NCBI GenBank assembly: GCA_963762145.1
Contig: CAVXJS010000009.1
Coordinates: 192,001 to 256,000, forward strand
Source of the DNA: an uncultured Candidatus Rokubacteria bacterium
GTDB taxonomy: Bacteria; Methylomirabilota; Methylomirabilia; Rokubacteriales; CSP1-6
Length of the DNA stretch: 64,000 nucleotides
Reading direction: 5' to 3'
Of this stretch, positions 42,046-54,412 are shown one piece after another (positions within the stretch are counted from its first letter, which is position 1; each line of letters opens with the position of its first letter). The notes under the pieces were generated by a model. It searched no databases. It was not told where the DNA came from and saw only the letters and a program-made list of their open reading frames with translations. Both the position numbers and the translations under genes were made by a program.

Positions 42046-42407
42046 TAGGCGTTGGCCAGCGAGTTGGTCTCGCAGGCCATGCCGACCACCGCGAGCAGCT
42101 CGCCGCGCATGGCCTCGGACATCCCGGCCCGGCGCGCCCCCGCGGTGTGGGAGGCGATGCAGTAGTCGCAGCCGTTGGCCGCGCTCACCGCGAGATAGAT
42201 CATCTCCTTGGTCAACGGATCGAGCGCGCCCGGCGCCATGATCTGCTTGATGCTCTGCCAGGTGCGGCGCAGGGTCGGCGGGTGGTTGGCGAGCGCCTTC
42301 CAGAAGTTGTTGATCCAGTCCGTCTTGCGCGTGGCCATGATGTCGTCGTAGACCTCGCGCACCTCGGGCGTGGCGAACTCGTACTCGATCAGCTCGGTGA
42401 TGGGCAT
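41994..42407 (-). CDS. AhpD/CMD family protein (CxxC)
   Basis: KEMIYLAVSAANGCDYCIASH. Confidence 0.9.
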   Translation of the reverse strand: MPITELIEYEFATPEVREVYDDIMATRKTDWINNFWKALANHPPTLRRTWQSIKQIMAPGALDPLTKEMIYLAVSAANGCDYCIASHTAGARRAGMSEAMRGELLAVVGMACETNSLANAYQVPVDGRFRDPDPETD

Positions 42408-42425
42408 CGGAAGGCTCCTTTCGCC

Positions 42426-43335
42426 CTACTCCCCGCGGAGGGTCGGATCCAGCACGTCGCGGAGCCAGTCGCCGGTGCGGCTGACCACGATGGAGGTGAT
42501 CATGAGCACGAGCCCGGGGAAGGTGGAGATCCACCAGGCCGAGTCGAGGTACTCGCGGCCCTCGTGCACCATGCCGCCCCAGGACGGCGTGGGCGGCTGG
42601 ATCCCCAGGCCCAGGAAGGACAGGGTGGCCTCGAGCACGATGGCGCGCGCGAGCTCGAGGGTGGCGATGACCACGATGGACGAGAGCACGTTGGGCAGCA
42701 CGTGCCGCAGCACGACGCGGGCCAGCGAGCCGCCGAGCGCGTGGATGGACTCCACGAACTCGCGCGAGCGCAGCACCAGCACCTGCGAGCGCAGGATGCG
42801 GGCGTAGGAGACCCAGCCGGAGAGCCCGATCACCACCACCAGCGTCGGGAAGCTCGGGCCGAGCACCGCGATGATGCCGATGGCGAGCAGGATGAACGGG
42901 AAGGCGAGCTGGGCGTCCGCGAGCGTCATGATCGCGGCGTCCACGCGTCCGCCGCTGAAGCCGGCCACCATGCCCGGCGGCCGCCCCGAGCAGGCCGCCC
43001 ACGAGGACCGCCGAGAAGCCGATCGTCAGCGAGACGCGCGAGCCGTAGATCACCCGCGAGAGCACGTCGCGGCCCAGGTGATCGGTGCCGAGCAGGTGGG
43101 CGCGCCCGTCGGAGCCCTGCCACGTCGGCGCGGCGAGGCGGCCGCGCAGGCTCTGGCGCACCGGATCCTGCGGCGCGATCCACGGGGCGGCGGCCGCCAC
43201 CAGCAGCAGCAGCGCGACGAAGCCGACGCCCGCCACCACGAGCGACGGGAACCGTCGCCGGCGCCGCGGCACGCGGACCGCGGGCGCGGCGAGGGCCGCG
43301 TCAGCCGGCGCGGATGCGGGGATCGAGGACGCCAT
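42426..43335 (-). CDS. Peptide ABC permease (DppC-like), indel near 42980
   Basis: LGTDHLGRDVLSRVIYG, LSFLGLG, PSWG. Confidence 0.85.
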
Positions 43336-44230
43336 AGATCAGGTCGACGAAGAAGTTGATCACGACGAACATCAGCGCGGCGAGGAACACCGTGCACTGC
43401 ACCACCGGGTAGTCGCGGTTGTAGATGGACTGGATCGCGAGCCGGCCGATGCCGGGCCACGCGAAGACGGTCTCGGTGACGACCGCGCCGCCCAGCAGCG
43501 TGCCGAACTGCAGCCCGGTGATGGTCACGATCGGGATCGCCGCGTTCTTCAGCGTGTGCTTGGCCACCACCCACATCTCCGCCACGCCCTTGGCGCGCGC
43601 GGTGCGGATGTAGTCCGCGCCCAGCACCTCCAGCACCGCCGAGCGGGTCAGCCGGGCGATCGAGGCCATGGTGAACGCGCCGAGGGTGAGGGCGGGCAGC
43701 ACGAGGTGACGCCAGTCGCCGCGGCCCGAGGTCGGGAACAGATCGGCCTTCAGCGATAGCAGCAGGATGAAGAGGATGCCGAGGAAGAAGGTCGGCGCCG
43801 ACTGCCCGATCAGGGCCACGCCCATCGCCGACGTGATCCACCAGGGTGTTGCGCCGCATGGCGGAGAAGAGCCCGACCGGCACCGCGACGAGCGCGGCGA
43901 GCACGAAGGCGGTGAGCCCGAGCTCGAGGGTGGCCGTCAGGTAGCCGCGCACCACGTTGAAGGCGGGCTCGCGGAAGTGGATCGAGCGGCCGAAGTCGCC
44001 GCGCGCGAGGTTCGACAGGAAGATCACGTACTGCACGGGCATCGGCTGGTCGAGCCCGAGCTCGCGCGCGCACGCGGAAGATCTCGCTGCGCGGCGCGTC
44101 GGGGGGCAGCAGCAGCGGCACCGGGATCGCCGGACAGGCGCATGACCACGAAGACCACGGTGGACACGAGCCAGAGCGCGATGAGGGCGCGGAAGAGGCG
44201 GTGGCCGAGGAAGGGAACGAATCCGCGCAT
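43301..44230 (-). CDS. Peptide ABC permease (DppB-like), frameshifted
   Basis: YIRTARAKG, ETVFAWPGIG, RDYP, LDPRIR. Confidence 0.85.
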
Positions 44231-44254
44231 GACTGAACTCCCCTCGCCCTCGCA

Positions 44255-44287
44255 CCCTCTCCCCGTGGGGAGAGGGCAGGGTGAGGG
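44255..44287. repeat. BoxC/REP-like single unit
   Basis: CCCTCTCCCCGTGGGGAGAGGGCAGGGTGAGGG between the binding-protein and permease genes. Confidence 0.85.
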
Positions 44288-44297
44288 CCGGCGACGG

Positions 44298-45852
44298 CTA
44301 CGCGCGGCGAAGCTTGAGGTTGAAGCGGCGGACCTCGAACTGCTGGTTGGGGTTCGGCGTCAAGTCCACGTACTTCTGCAGCCCGTAGTCCTCGTACGGC
44401 TGGATGACGGGCAGCCACGGGAGGTGCTCGAGGAAGATCTTGGTCATCTCCTTGTACGCCTGCCCGCGGAACTTCTCGTCGACGCGAGAACCGGGCCGCG
44501 TTGCCCAGCTCGTCGAACTTCGGCGTCGCGCCAGTAATCCTGAGGTCCGCCGGGACCGAGCAGCCGCCACATCATCCCGTCGGGATCGCCGAGGGTGGAC
44601 GTCGGATCCGACCACCAGACGCCCTTGAAGCTCTTCTCGCGGTTCTTCTGGGCGCGCACCGAGTACTCGATGACCTCGACCTTGGCGTTGACGCCCACGT
44701 CCTTCCACATGGCCGCGATGGCTTCCGCCATCGGCTTGTCGCTGCGCCATGTAGGCCGACCGTGGTCTCGATGAAGATCTCCTCGTTCTTGTAGCCCGCC
44801 TTCTTGAGCCGCTCCTTCGCCTCGCGCCGGGTTGTAGGCCAGCGCGGGCAGCGCTCGCGTCGAAGTGGTTGTCGCCCTTCGCGATCGGGCCGCTCGGCAC
44901 GATGCCGCGGCCGCGCCACAGCTCCTTCACGATGGCCTCGCGATCGATGGCCAGGGACAGCGCCTGCTTCACGAGCGGGATTGTCGAGCGGCGGCCGCTT
45001 GCTGTTCACCGCGAGCACGTAGAGGCCCGCGTAGAGCGCGCCCGACACGCGGGTGGAGGCGTTGCCGGTGACCCGCTCGCCCTGGTCGGGCGGGAGCTGG
45101 GTGATGACGTCGACCTCGCCCTTGAGCAGCGCCGCGATGCGGGGCGCCGTCTCCGGGATCGGCCGCATGGTCCAGCGGTCCACCTCGATCTTGCCGCCCC
45201 AGTAGTCCGGGTTGGCCTCGAGGACCGCCTTGTCGTCCTTCATCCACGAGCCGAAGCGCACCGGCCCCGTGCCGACGGGCTTGGCGTTGAAGGTGTCGTT
45301 GCCCACCGACTCGAGGTACTTCTTCGGCACGATCTGGCCGCCGTAGAAGGCCAGGCGCGCGGGCAGCAGCGGATCCGGCTTCTTGGTGTGGATGACGAGC
45401 GTGATCGGATCCGGCGCCTCGATCCGCTCGATCGTGGCGAGCGCGGTGGCCACCATGGTCTTGGCGGCCGGGTCGTAGGTGCGCTCGATGCTGAACTTGG
45501 CGTCGGCGGAGCGTGAACGGCGTCGCCGTTGTGGAACTTGACCCCCTGGCGCAGCTTGAAGCGCCACGTGGTCTGGCCCTCGAGCTTCCACTCGGTCGCG
45601 AGCGCCGGATGGAGCTTGCCGTCCGGATGCCGGCTCGTCAGGTTGTCGAAGATGTTGAAGGACACGCGGATGTCGTTCGACGAGGTGCTGAAGTGCGGGT
45701 CGAACTTCGAGATGTCGCCCGCCCTGGGCAGTCACCAGCTCCTTCTTCTGGGTGGTCTGGGCCAGGGCCGCCCCGGTCGCGGTCAGGGGCACCGTGGCGG
45801 CGGCGCCAAGGGCGGCCGCGCCCTTGAGCAGGTCACGTCGGGTCAATTCCAT
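44298..45852 (-). CDS. Tat-exported family-5 ABC substrate-binding protein, frameshifted
   Basis: MELTRRDLLKG; LATEW..WRFKLRQGVKFHNG; PVGTGP; AIDRE. Confidence 0.85.
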
Positions 45853-45938
45853 AGTGGTGGTTCCTCCTCGGGTTCGAGCTGCATCTGGGGTCCGTCTGGA
45901 TACCGCGGCGGGCGACGGAGACCACTCGCGGTGCGTCA

Positions 45939-45968
45939 TTTATAGGGGTTTTGGGCCCACGCTGTCAA
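45939..45968 (-). promoter_or_regulatory. Sigma-70-type promoter of the ABC operon
   Basis: TTGACA-N18-TATAAA on the minus strand. Confidence 0.6.
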
Positions 45969-46017
45969 GTTGGCCCTTGGTGGCGAACCTGTGCCAAACA
46001 TGACAAAATCCTGCGGC

Positions 46018-47211
46018 ATGAGCCCCACTGCGGACATCGTCATCATCGGCGGCGGCGCCAACGGCACGAGCACCGCGTTTCACCTGGCCAGCATGGGCGC
46101 GAAGAACGTCCGCCTGCTGGAGCGCCGCCACCTGGCGGCCGGCGCGACCGGCAAGTCCGGGGCCCTCGTGCGCATGCACTACACCAACGAGCACGAGTCG
46201 CGCCTCGCCATCGAGAGCCTCAAGATCTTCCGCGAGTTCTCGACGATCGTGGGCGGCGACTGCGGCTTCGAGCGCGCCGGGCTTCCTCCAGATCGTGGCC
46301 CCCGGCTACGAGGCGGCGCTGCGCCGCAACCTGGCCCGCCAGCAGCGCCTCGGCGTGGACACCAGAGAAGTCTCGCGCCGACGACATCCGCCAGCTCTTT
46401 CCCGAGTGCCGCATCGACGACATCGGCGCCGCGGCGTGGGAGCCCGGCTCCGGCTACGCCGATCCGAGCGCCACCGCGTTCGCCTTCGCGGCCGCCGCGC
46501 AGCGCCTGGGCGTCACCATCGAGACCGGCTGCCACGTCACCCGCATCCTGACCGAGCGCGGCCGCGTCACCGGCGTGGAGACCGCGGGCGGGCGCGGTCG
46601 AGGCGCCGGTGGTCGTGCTGGTGCCCGGCGCCTGGGCCAGCCGCTCCTCGATCCGCTCGGCCTCGACTACGGGCTCCAGCCCTTCCGCATCCAGGTCTCG
46701 CTCTTCCGCTGGCCGCCGGCGCTGACCCGCAAGCACCCGGTGATCATCGACGCGGGCCAGAAGGCGTGGATCCGCCCGGTGGCCGGCAGCCTGACGCTGA
46801 TCGGCGTGGAGCTGGGCGCCGCCTTCGGCGGCGGACCCGGACAAGCTGCACGAGGGCGTGGACGAGGGCTTCGTGGCGCTCTGCCGCGAGCGGCTCGACC
46901 CACGCGCCTGCCCGCCTTCGCCGAGTCGACGATGCGCGGCGGCTGGGCCGGCATGATCATGATGAGCCCCGACGGCCGCCCGATCATCGACCAGATCCCG
47001 TCGATCCCGGGCCTCTACGTGATGCTGGGCGACTCGGGCACGTCGTTCAAGACCTCGCCCGCGATCGGCAAGTGCCTCGCCGAGTGGATCCTCGAGGGCA
47101 AGCCGCGCACGGTCGACCTCACGCCCGTTCCGCGCCGCCCGCTTCGCGGAGGGCCGCCCCTGGGTCGACGAGGACAACTACGGCCGCGAGCGCCTGACCA
47201 TCTCCCGCTAA
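46018..47211 (+). CDS. FAD-dependent oxidoreductase (DAO/sarcosine oxidase beta-like), frameshifted
   Basis: IIGGGANG, GATGKSGA, SPDGRPII, GTSFKTSPAIG. Confidence 0.85.
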
Positions 47212-47214
47212 GCT

Positions 47215-47264
47215 CCCTCTCCCCTCCGGGGAGAGGGCAGGGTGAAGGGGTGTGCCCCTTCACC
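47215..47264. repeat. BoxC/REP-like unit plus an overlapping hairpin (possible terminator)
   Basis: CCCTCTCCCCTCCGGGGAGAGGGCAGGGTGAAGGGG; GGTGAAGGGG-TGTG-CCCCTTCACC. Confidence 0.8.
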
Positions 47265-48370
47265 CCCTCAGCCCGATTACGTTGAACGTGGGAACGGGCC
47301 GGAGCAGTCCCTTGAGCGTGAGCCGAGCCGACCTCCTCGAGGTCGGCCAGATCCTCGACGGCAGAGGCGACCCGTTGGGCGACCAGGATCTGGCCGGCCT
47401 TCGCCTCGCCGCACAGGCGCGCGGCGAGGTTCGGTGACCGTCCCGATGGCGCCGTAGTCCAAGCGCCCCTCGAAGCCGATGGCGCCGATCGTGGCGTACC
47501 CTGCGCGATGCCGATCCCGAAGTCGAGCTCGTGGCCGCGCTTCCGCCACCGGCGCCAGATCCCGACCCGGTCCCGCATCGCGACCGCCATCCTGACGGCC
47601 GCTCCGGCGCGTCGGGAACCGGCACGGGGTCGTTGAAGAAGACCATCATCCCGTCCCCGGTGAAGCGCTCGAGCGTGCCCTCGTGGGCGAGGATCAGGCG
47701 CGCCCATCGCGGCGTGGTATTCGCGGAGGACCCCCATGACCTCCTCCGGCTCGGCCGTCTCGGCGAAGGCGGTGAACCCGCGGAGGTCGAGGAAGACGAC
47801 GGTGACCTCGCGCGGTGCGCCTCAGCGGGATCCTCGGCGCCCCCGTCGACGATCAGCTCGGCGAGCTGGGGCGAGAAGAAGCGCTTCAGCCGGCGAGAGC
47901 CGCTCGAGCTGGCCGACCTGTCCTCGACGCGCTGCTCGAGGGTCTGGTTCCAGTCGGCCAGCTCAGCGGCCAGCGCCTCGCACGGTGTCGTGGAGCTCCT
48001 TGATCCGCAGCATCGATTTCACGCGGGCGACCAGCGCGCCCTGGTCCACGGGTTTGGTCAGGTACTCGTCGCCGCCCGCCTCGAGGCCCGCGACGACGTC
48101 CTCGGGTCCGCCTTCGCGGTGACCATGATGATCGGGGTGAACGGGAAGGACGGGTCGGCCCGGAGCTGCGGCAGACCTCGATCCCGTCGATCTTGGCATC
48201 ATGACGTCGAGGAGGATCAGGTCCGGCAGGGCCTCCCTGACCGCGGTCAGCGCCGCCTCGCCGTCGGTCGCGGTCAGGACGTCGTAGCCGTGGGCATCCA
48301 GGCGGAGCTGGAGGATGTCGACGTTGGCCGGCTTGTCGTCGACGACCAGGATCAGCGGCGGCGTTCTCAC
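47260..48370 (-). CDS. Response regulator with a class III nucleotide cyclase output domain, frameshifted
   Basis: REC ILVVDD..DLILLDVMMP; cyclase VFLDLRGFT, LERFTGDG, NLAARL, LKG. Confidence 0.8.
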
Positions 48371-48753
48371 GAGCGCTCCTGCCGCGTCGTATCCCAGGTA
48401 CTCGCGGACCTTGGCCAGGAGCTCGCGGGGCACGAAGGGCTTGGTGACGTAGGCGTCGCAGCCGGCCTCGAAGGCCTTCACGTCGTCGCCGCTGAGCGCG
48501 TAGGAGGTGACCACGATGATCGGGACGGCCGGAGCGCCGGAATCCCCTTGATCCGCCGGGTGGCCTCGTAGCCGTCGAGCCCCGGGAGCTGGATGTCCAT
48601 GAGGATCAGGTCCGGGCGCTCCTTCTCGGCCGCCGCCACTCCCTCTTCGCCGGTGACGGCCTCGATCAGCTCGATGCCGGCGCTGGTCAGGAGGAGGCGC
48701 AGGATGCGCCGGTTCTCCTCGTGGTCCTCGATGACCAGAACCCGCTTGCTCAT
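48367..48753 (-). CDS. Single-domain response regulator (DivK-like)
   Basis: VLVIED, DLILMDIQLP, VTSYA, AGCDAYVTKP; 3' end approximate. Confidence 0.8.
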
Positions 48754-51700
48754 GCCCCTCCGTCTGCCGCTCCACGCGCAGCGGCACCGTGAAGGGAAGG
48801 TCGACCCTCGGCCGGGAACCGACTCCACCCAGAGCCGCCCGCCGTGCAGCTCCACGATCCGCTTGGCGATCGAGAGCCCGAGACCGCTACCGCCCTTCGC
48901 CCGGGTGCTGGAGCTGTCGGCCTGCTGGAACTCCTCGAAGATCCTCGCCTGGTCGGCCTCGGAGATCCCGGGACCGGTGTCCGCACACCGAGACGAGGAA
49001 GGCGCCGTCGGTGCCCGTGCCTCGATCGAGACCTCGCCCGCGTCGGTGAACTTGATCGCGTTGCCGACCAGGTTCAGGAGCACCTGGGTGAGCCGCCGCT
49101 CGTCGCCGCGGCCGGTCGGCAGATCGGGCGGCACGATCGACCTTGAAGCGCGAGCTTCTTCCCGGCGGCGAGCGACTCCACGCTCGTCACGACGACGTGC
49201 ATGACCTCCTCCATGGCGTAGTCGTCGAGGGAGAGGGTGAGCTGGCCGGCCTCGATCTTGGAGAGGTCGAGCACGTCGTTGATGAGGCCGAGGAGGTGCT
49301 GGCCGTTGTTCCTGACCCGCTCGAGGATGTCCCGGATCGGCTCGGGCACCTCGCCGAAGATCTCGTCGAGGATCAGATCGGTATAACCCAGCACGGCGTT
49401 CAACGGGCGTGCGCAGCTCGTGGCTGATGTTGGCGAGGAACTGCGACTTGTGCTTGCTCGCGAGCGCGAGCTGCTGGCTCTTCTCCTGGATCTCCTGGAA
49501 CAGCCTTGCGTTCTCGACGGCGACCGCCGCCTGGGCGGCAAAGGTCTGCAGGAACTCGACGGTGTGAGGCGGGATCGGAGCCCGGCTCAGGCGGTTGTCC
49601 GCGCCGAGAACGCCCACGGTGCGCCCGCGCGCGATCATGGGGCTGACGAGAAATGCCTTGAGCGCGGAGGGCGGCAATCGGTCGAGTACGGGAGGACGGA
49701 GTCGATACTTCTCCGGTACCGGGTAGGTCTCGCCGAAGAGCAGCGGGTCTCCGTCGCGGTAGACGGCCGCCAACGCTCCCGCCTCGCCGAGGGGGTAATG
49801 TCACACCAACCAGATCCGCCAGTCGCCTCTCGCCGCGAGCCCGGCGCCGGCGCTGGACCATGATCGACACCGGCGTCACCGGCGGGCGCTGGGCGTCCAG
49901 ATGTAGAGGTGGTCGAGGCCGACCACCTGCCGCGCGACATCGAGGACGCGGGTGAGCTGCTCGCTGAGAGAGAGCGGCTCCTGGAGGGCCGTCGAGAGGC
50001 CGGAGAGCTGCTCCTGGTTGCGCGAGAGCTCCTCGAGGGCCCGGCTCTTCTCGTCGATTTCCCGGAAGAGCCGCGCGTTCTGGATGGCGATGACCGACTG
50101 GGTCGCGAAGGTCTGGAGCGAGGTCCACGATCGGCTTGGGCGAAACGCCCCCGCCACCTTCCGCCGGACCACCAGCCCGCCGATCACGCGGCCCTCGCGC
50201 AGGAGCGGGACAGCGAGGAGCGCACGGTACCCTGCCTCGATCAAGAAAGCGCAGCGCGTAGTCCGGCTCCCTCTCGAGGATCCGCGATCTGGAACGCGGC
50301 GCGCGTCATCGCCGCCTGTCCGACGGCGCCCTCGCCGACCCGGATATGAGACTGCGCGAAGCGCCGCGATCAGTTCCTCGGCCATGCCGAAGTTCGCACG
50401 TGGTGCGAACACCTGCGCGCCCTCGTCGAACTCGTAGATGGTGCCGGCGTCGGTGCGCGAAAGGTCGCACCGCGTGCGGACGACGATGCTGGTCGAGGAC
50501 GGACTGCGAAGTCCAGGCTCCCGCTGACCGCCTGCCCCACCTCGCCGAGGGCCCGGAGCTCGTCGACCGAGCGGGTCAGCTCCTGCGTCCGCTCTTCCAG
50601 TTCCTTGAAGAGTCGCACATTCTCGATCGCGATGACGGCCTGGTCGGCGAAGGTCTGGAGAAGGGCCACCTGCTTGTCGGAGAATGGGTTTACTTCGGTG
50701 CGGCGGAGCTGGATCACGCCGATCGCAGCGCTCTCCCGCACCAGCGGAACGCTCAGCGTCGTCCGGTGCCCCAGTTCCCTGGCACGCGCGTAACCTTCTG
50801 GAAAGTCTGCCGCCTCGGCCTGAAGGTCGGCCACGTGAATGGCCCGCCGCTCGAGTAGCGCGCGGCCTGCAACCGTTCCGCGCACCAGCGGCAACGAGAC
50901 GCCCTACGGGTTGGAGAATAGGCCCGTGGTGGGCACCCATCCGCAGGCTGTCCCCTTCGGGGAGAAAAATGACCGCGTCATAGGCCCCGCAAAATCGTGT
51001 AGCGCTCCTGACCAGCGCGTCCAGCACGGGCTCGATGTCCGTCGGGCGAGCCACTGATCACCCGCAGGATCTCGGCGGTCGCCGTCTGCTGCTCGAGCGC
51101 CTCGGTCAGGTCGCGGTTGGCGTCGCGCCAGCTCTCGCGTGCGTGCCTCCACCTTCTGCTCCGAGGCCCTCGTAGGACTCCTTGAGGCTAGCCGTCATGC
51201 GGATTGAACGACCCCGCGAGGGCCTCGATCTCGTCGCCGGTCGGAAGCTCGATCGGCTGGTCGAGCGTGCCGGCGCCGATTCGCTCCGCGCCTTCCTGGA
51301 GCACCCGGATCGGTGCGACCATTCGCCGGGCGAGGAGAAGGCTCGCCAGGATCGAAAGCCCGAGGCCCAGCACGAAGATGACGGTGCTCCGGACGATCGG
51401 GGCCCGGAGGGGAGCATAGGCGTCGGCGGCCGGGCGTTCGACGAAGACGAGCCAACCGAGGGGAGCGATCGCCGCATGCGCCGCGAGGACCCGCCCGCCA
51501 CCGATGCCGTCGGCGACCACCGCGACCGGGGCGTCTGGCGTCGGGCCTGAGCGTCCGGCCCGGGCCAGCTTCACCTGGACGAGTCCGGAGACGTCCCGCT
51601 TCTCTCGCAGGAGCCGGCCGTCCGGATGGGCGACCAGCTGGTCCCGGGAATCCACCACGTAGGCATAGCCGCCCGGGCCGACCTCGATCTGGGAGACGGC

Positions 51701-52314
51701 CTGCAGGACGGCGCCGAGGCTGACCTCCGCCGTGGTCACCTCGACGGCGTACTTGCCGACCGGCACCGCCAGCGTCACGTACGGCTCCGAATCGTTCTTG
51801 AAGTAGACCGGACTCCAGTACGTCTTGCCCGCCTCGGGCTTCGAGGAACTTGGGCGCCTGGGAGAAGTCCTCCTGGCTGCCGACGACATCCGGGTCCAGA
51901 CGAGAGACGCGAAGCTGCTCCTTGCCGGCGAGGTCGAGATGGCTCAGCTCGCTGACCGCGGGCACATTGCGAAGGACCCGGAGGAAGTCGAGCTCGCGCT
52001 GCTCCGCCAGCGCGGCGCCCAGGCCCTCGCCGAAAGCCGAGCCTCCCCTGTCCCACCTGGCTGGCGTCGGGATCGTCGGACGCGGTCCGGGTCGTCTCGC
52101 GCACCTGCTGCTCGACCTCCTTCATGAACTGCTCGATCCCGGCGGCCGCCGCCACCGCCTTCGCGCGCTCGACCCGGACGATCGCGACCTGCGTCTCCCG
52201 GTAGGAGAAGTACAGCTCGACCAGGCTCGACGCCATCAGCACGCCGCCGACCAGAACGAGCAGGACGACGACGTACTTGCGGAAGAGCCGCCCGCCCGAG
52301 CGCGGCATCGTCAT
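48750..52314 (-). CDS. Sensor histidine kinase (TM-Cache-TM-HAMP-3xGAF-HisKA-HATPase), heavily frameshifted
   Basis: Cache YWSPVY..YAYVVD...LVAHP; HAMP TGDEIEALA; three LQTFA.Q..A.(E/Q)N.RLF GAF ends; SHELRTP; NAIKFT; GSGLGL. Confidence 0.8.
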
Positions 52315-53306
52315 CGCCGGAAGGCGTCGGCGCGGAGCAGGATCTTTCGCGGCACGGTGAGCCCGAGCAGGTCCGCCGTCTTGAGGTTCACCGCGAGATC
52401 GATCTTCTCGGCGCCTTCGACGGGCAGGTCTTGGGGCCGGGCGCCCCGCAGGATCTTGGCGACCAGCGCGGCGGCCTGGACGCCCTGCGCGTAGTAGTCC
52501 GGCCCGTATGAGAGGAGACCGCCATAGCCGACCCAGAGCGCCGTCCCGAACGACGGCGGGGACGCGCGAGGCGAGCGACTGCTCGATGATCGCGATGGAG
52601 AGATCCGGGCTCGAGCCTTCGGGCGTGAGCAGTGCGTCGTCGCGCCGCACCTCGCGGAGCACCCGCCTCAGCTCGCTCGGCGTCGAGCACGCCCTTCGGC
52701 ACGACCTCGAGCCTCATGCGCTGCGCCGCCTCGAGCGCCTTGCGCGATCATCGGGTGTCGTGCTCAGGTCGACGCCGTAATAGATGAGCCAGACCCGCCG
52801 AACGGCCGGGGCCAGGGTCTTGAGGACTTCGAGACGCTTGGCGACCAGCTCGGTCTGCAGGCTCGAGATACCCGTCACGTTACCGCCGGGGTGGGCGAGC
52901 TTGCCGACGATGCCGGCGCCCACCGGGTCGCCCACCAGGGTAAACACGATCGGCAGGCTCTTCGTCGCGCTCCTTGGCGGCCTGAGTGGCGGCTTCCTGG
53001 CTCGTGAAGATCAGGTCGACGCCGGCCGTGACGAGGGCATCGGCGGCGGCGGGCATCGTGTCCAGCTTTCCCTCGGTGAAGCGAATGTCGAACGTCACGT
53101 CGCGGTCCGTCTTCGAGGCCGAGTTCCCGGAGTCCGGCCTTGAGCCCCTCGACGGTCGGATGGCTCGCCGCCCACGCCGCATTCAGGACGCCGACCCGGA
53201 ACGGTCGAGGAGCCGGCTGCGCCTCGGCCGCGTGGACGGGAAGACCAGAGAGAGCGACCGCCAGCGGCGATCCAGAAGCAGCGACGGCGAATCGACAGTC
53301 GCTCAC
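52311..53306 (-). CDS. ABC-type substrate-binding protein (ABC_sub_bind-like), frameshifted
   Basis: Signal peptide; GDPVGAG..LAHPGGNVTG..KRLEVLK; SYGPD; KILRGARP.DLP; NLKTA. Confidence 0.8.
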
Positions 53307-54402
53307 CCCGATATGAACTGATGGTAGGCGCCTTCCGCGACGTGGTCCCAGGGGCCGACCAGCGCCTGGAACTTCGTGAACGACGCGTGCACCTTCCGGG
53401 CCATGGGGCGTCTTCTCGGATTCTTCCCTCACGACCTCGGCCGCGAGCTTCTTGAGATCGCGCAGCACCGGCACCGGGAGCTGAAGCACCTCGACCTTTC
53501 CCTTGAACTCCGTCTTGAGTCGCGCGAGCGCGATCGCATTCTTCGCGTGGTACTCCGTGAGGCCGTGGACCTGGACCGCCGCCGCGGCATGGTCGAGCGT
53601 CCGCTGCAGGTCGACCGGCAGGGCCTCGTACGCCTTCTTGTTGAAGCCAAAATCGAGCGTGGTGCCCGGCTCGTGCCAGCCCGGGTAGTAGTAGTACCGC
53701 GCGGTGTTGTGGAGGCCCAGCTTCATGTCGTCGTGCGGCCCGACCCACTCGGCAGCGTCGATGACGCCCCTCTCGAGCGCGGCGTAGATCTCGCTCTCCC
53801 GGCAAGAGAACGACCGTGCCGCCGGCCTTGGCGAGGACCTTGCTGCCGAGCGGCCGCGCATGCGCATCTTCAGCCCCTTGTAGTCGCCGACCGAGTTGAT
53901 CTTCTTCCGGAACCATCCGGCCATCTGCGGGGCCACCGCCAGAGCTCGGGCGCGGCACGAGATTGAAGGCGGCGTATGCCTCCTCCATGAGCTTGAGCCC
54001 GTCCCCCTGGTAGCACCAGGCCGCCATGCCCCCCGGATTCATGCCGAACGGGATGGTCGCGAACCACTCGAGCGCGGGCTCTCTGCCGGTCCAGTATTGC
54101 CCCGCTCCCATGAACGCCTCGATCTTGCCCTGGGAAGCGGCGTCGAAGCACTCGAACGGCTGCATGATCTGGCCGCCCGGGAAGACCTCGATCCGGAAGC
54201 GCCCGCCGCTTATCTCCTCGACGACCTTCGCCAGGCGCTGGGCCGCACCCTGGATGTATGTCAAACCCGGTGGTGAAGGCCGTGGACATCCGCCACTGGA
54301 CCTTCGGCTGCGCGATGACGTTGGGGGCGTCGACGATGGCGCCGGCGGCGGCCGCCATCACCCCGCCTGCCGTTGCGATGAACCTCGTCGTTCGGTCATC
54401 AC
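53303..54402 (-). CDS. dctP: TRAP substrate-binding protein, TakP-like, copy 3, with indels
   Basis: QWRMST, PFG, PQMAGWF, KMR, LERGVIDAAEWVGP, YYPGWHEPG. Confidence 0.85.
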
Positions 54403-54412
54403 GCTGGCCTCC

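Noticed and set aside
45982-45996. Third sigma-54 promoter (TGGCACAGGTTCGC on the minus strand)
   Set aside because: The GG-GC spacing is 9 rather than 10, and a sigma-70-type promoter already explains the operon.
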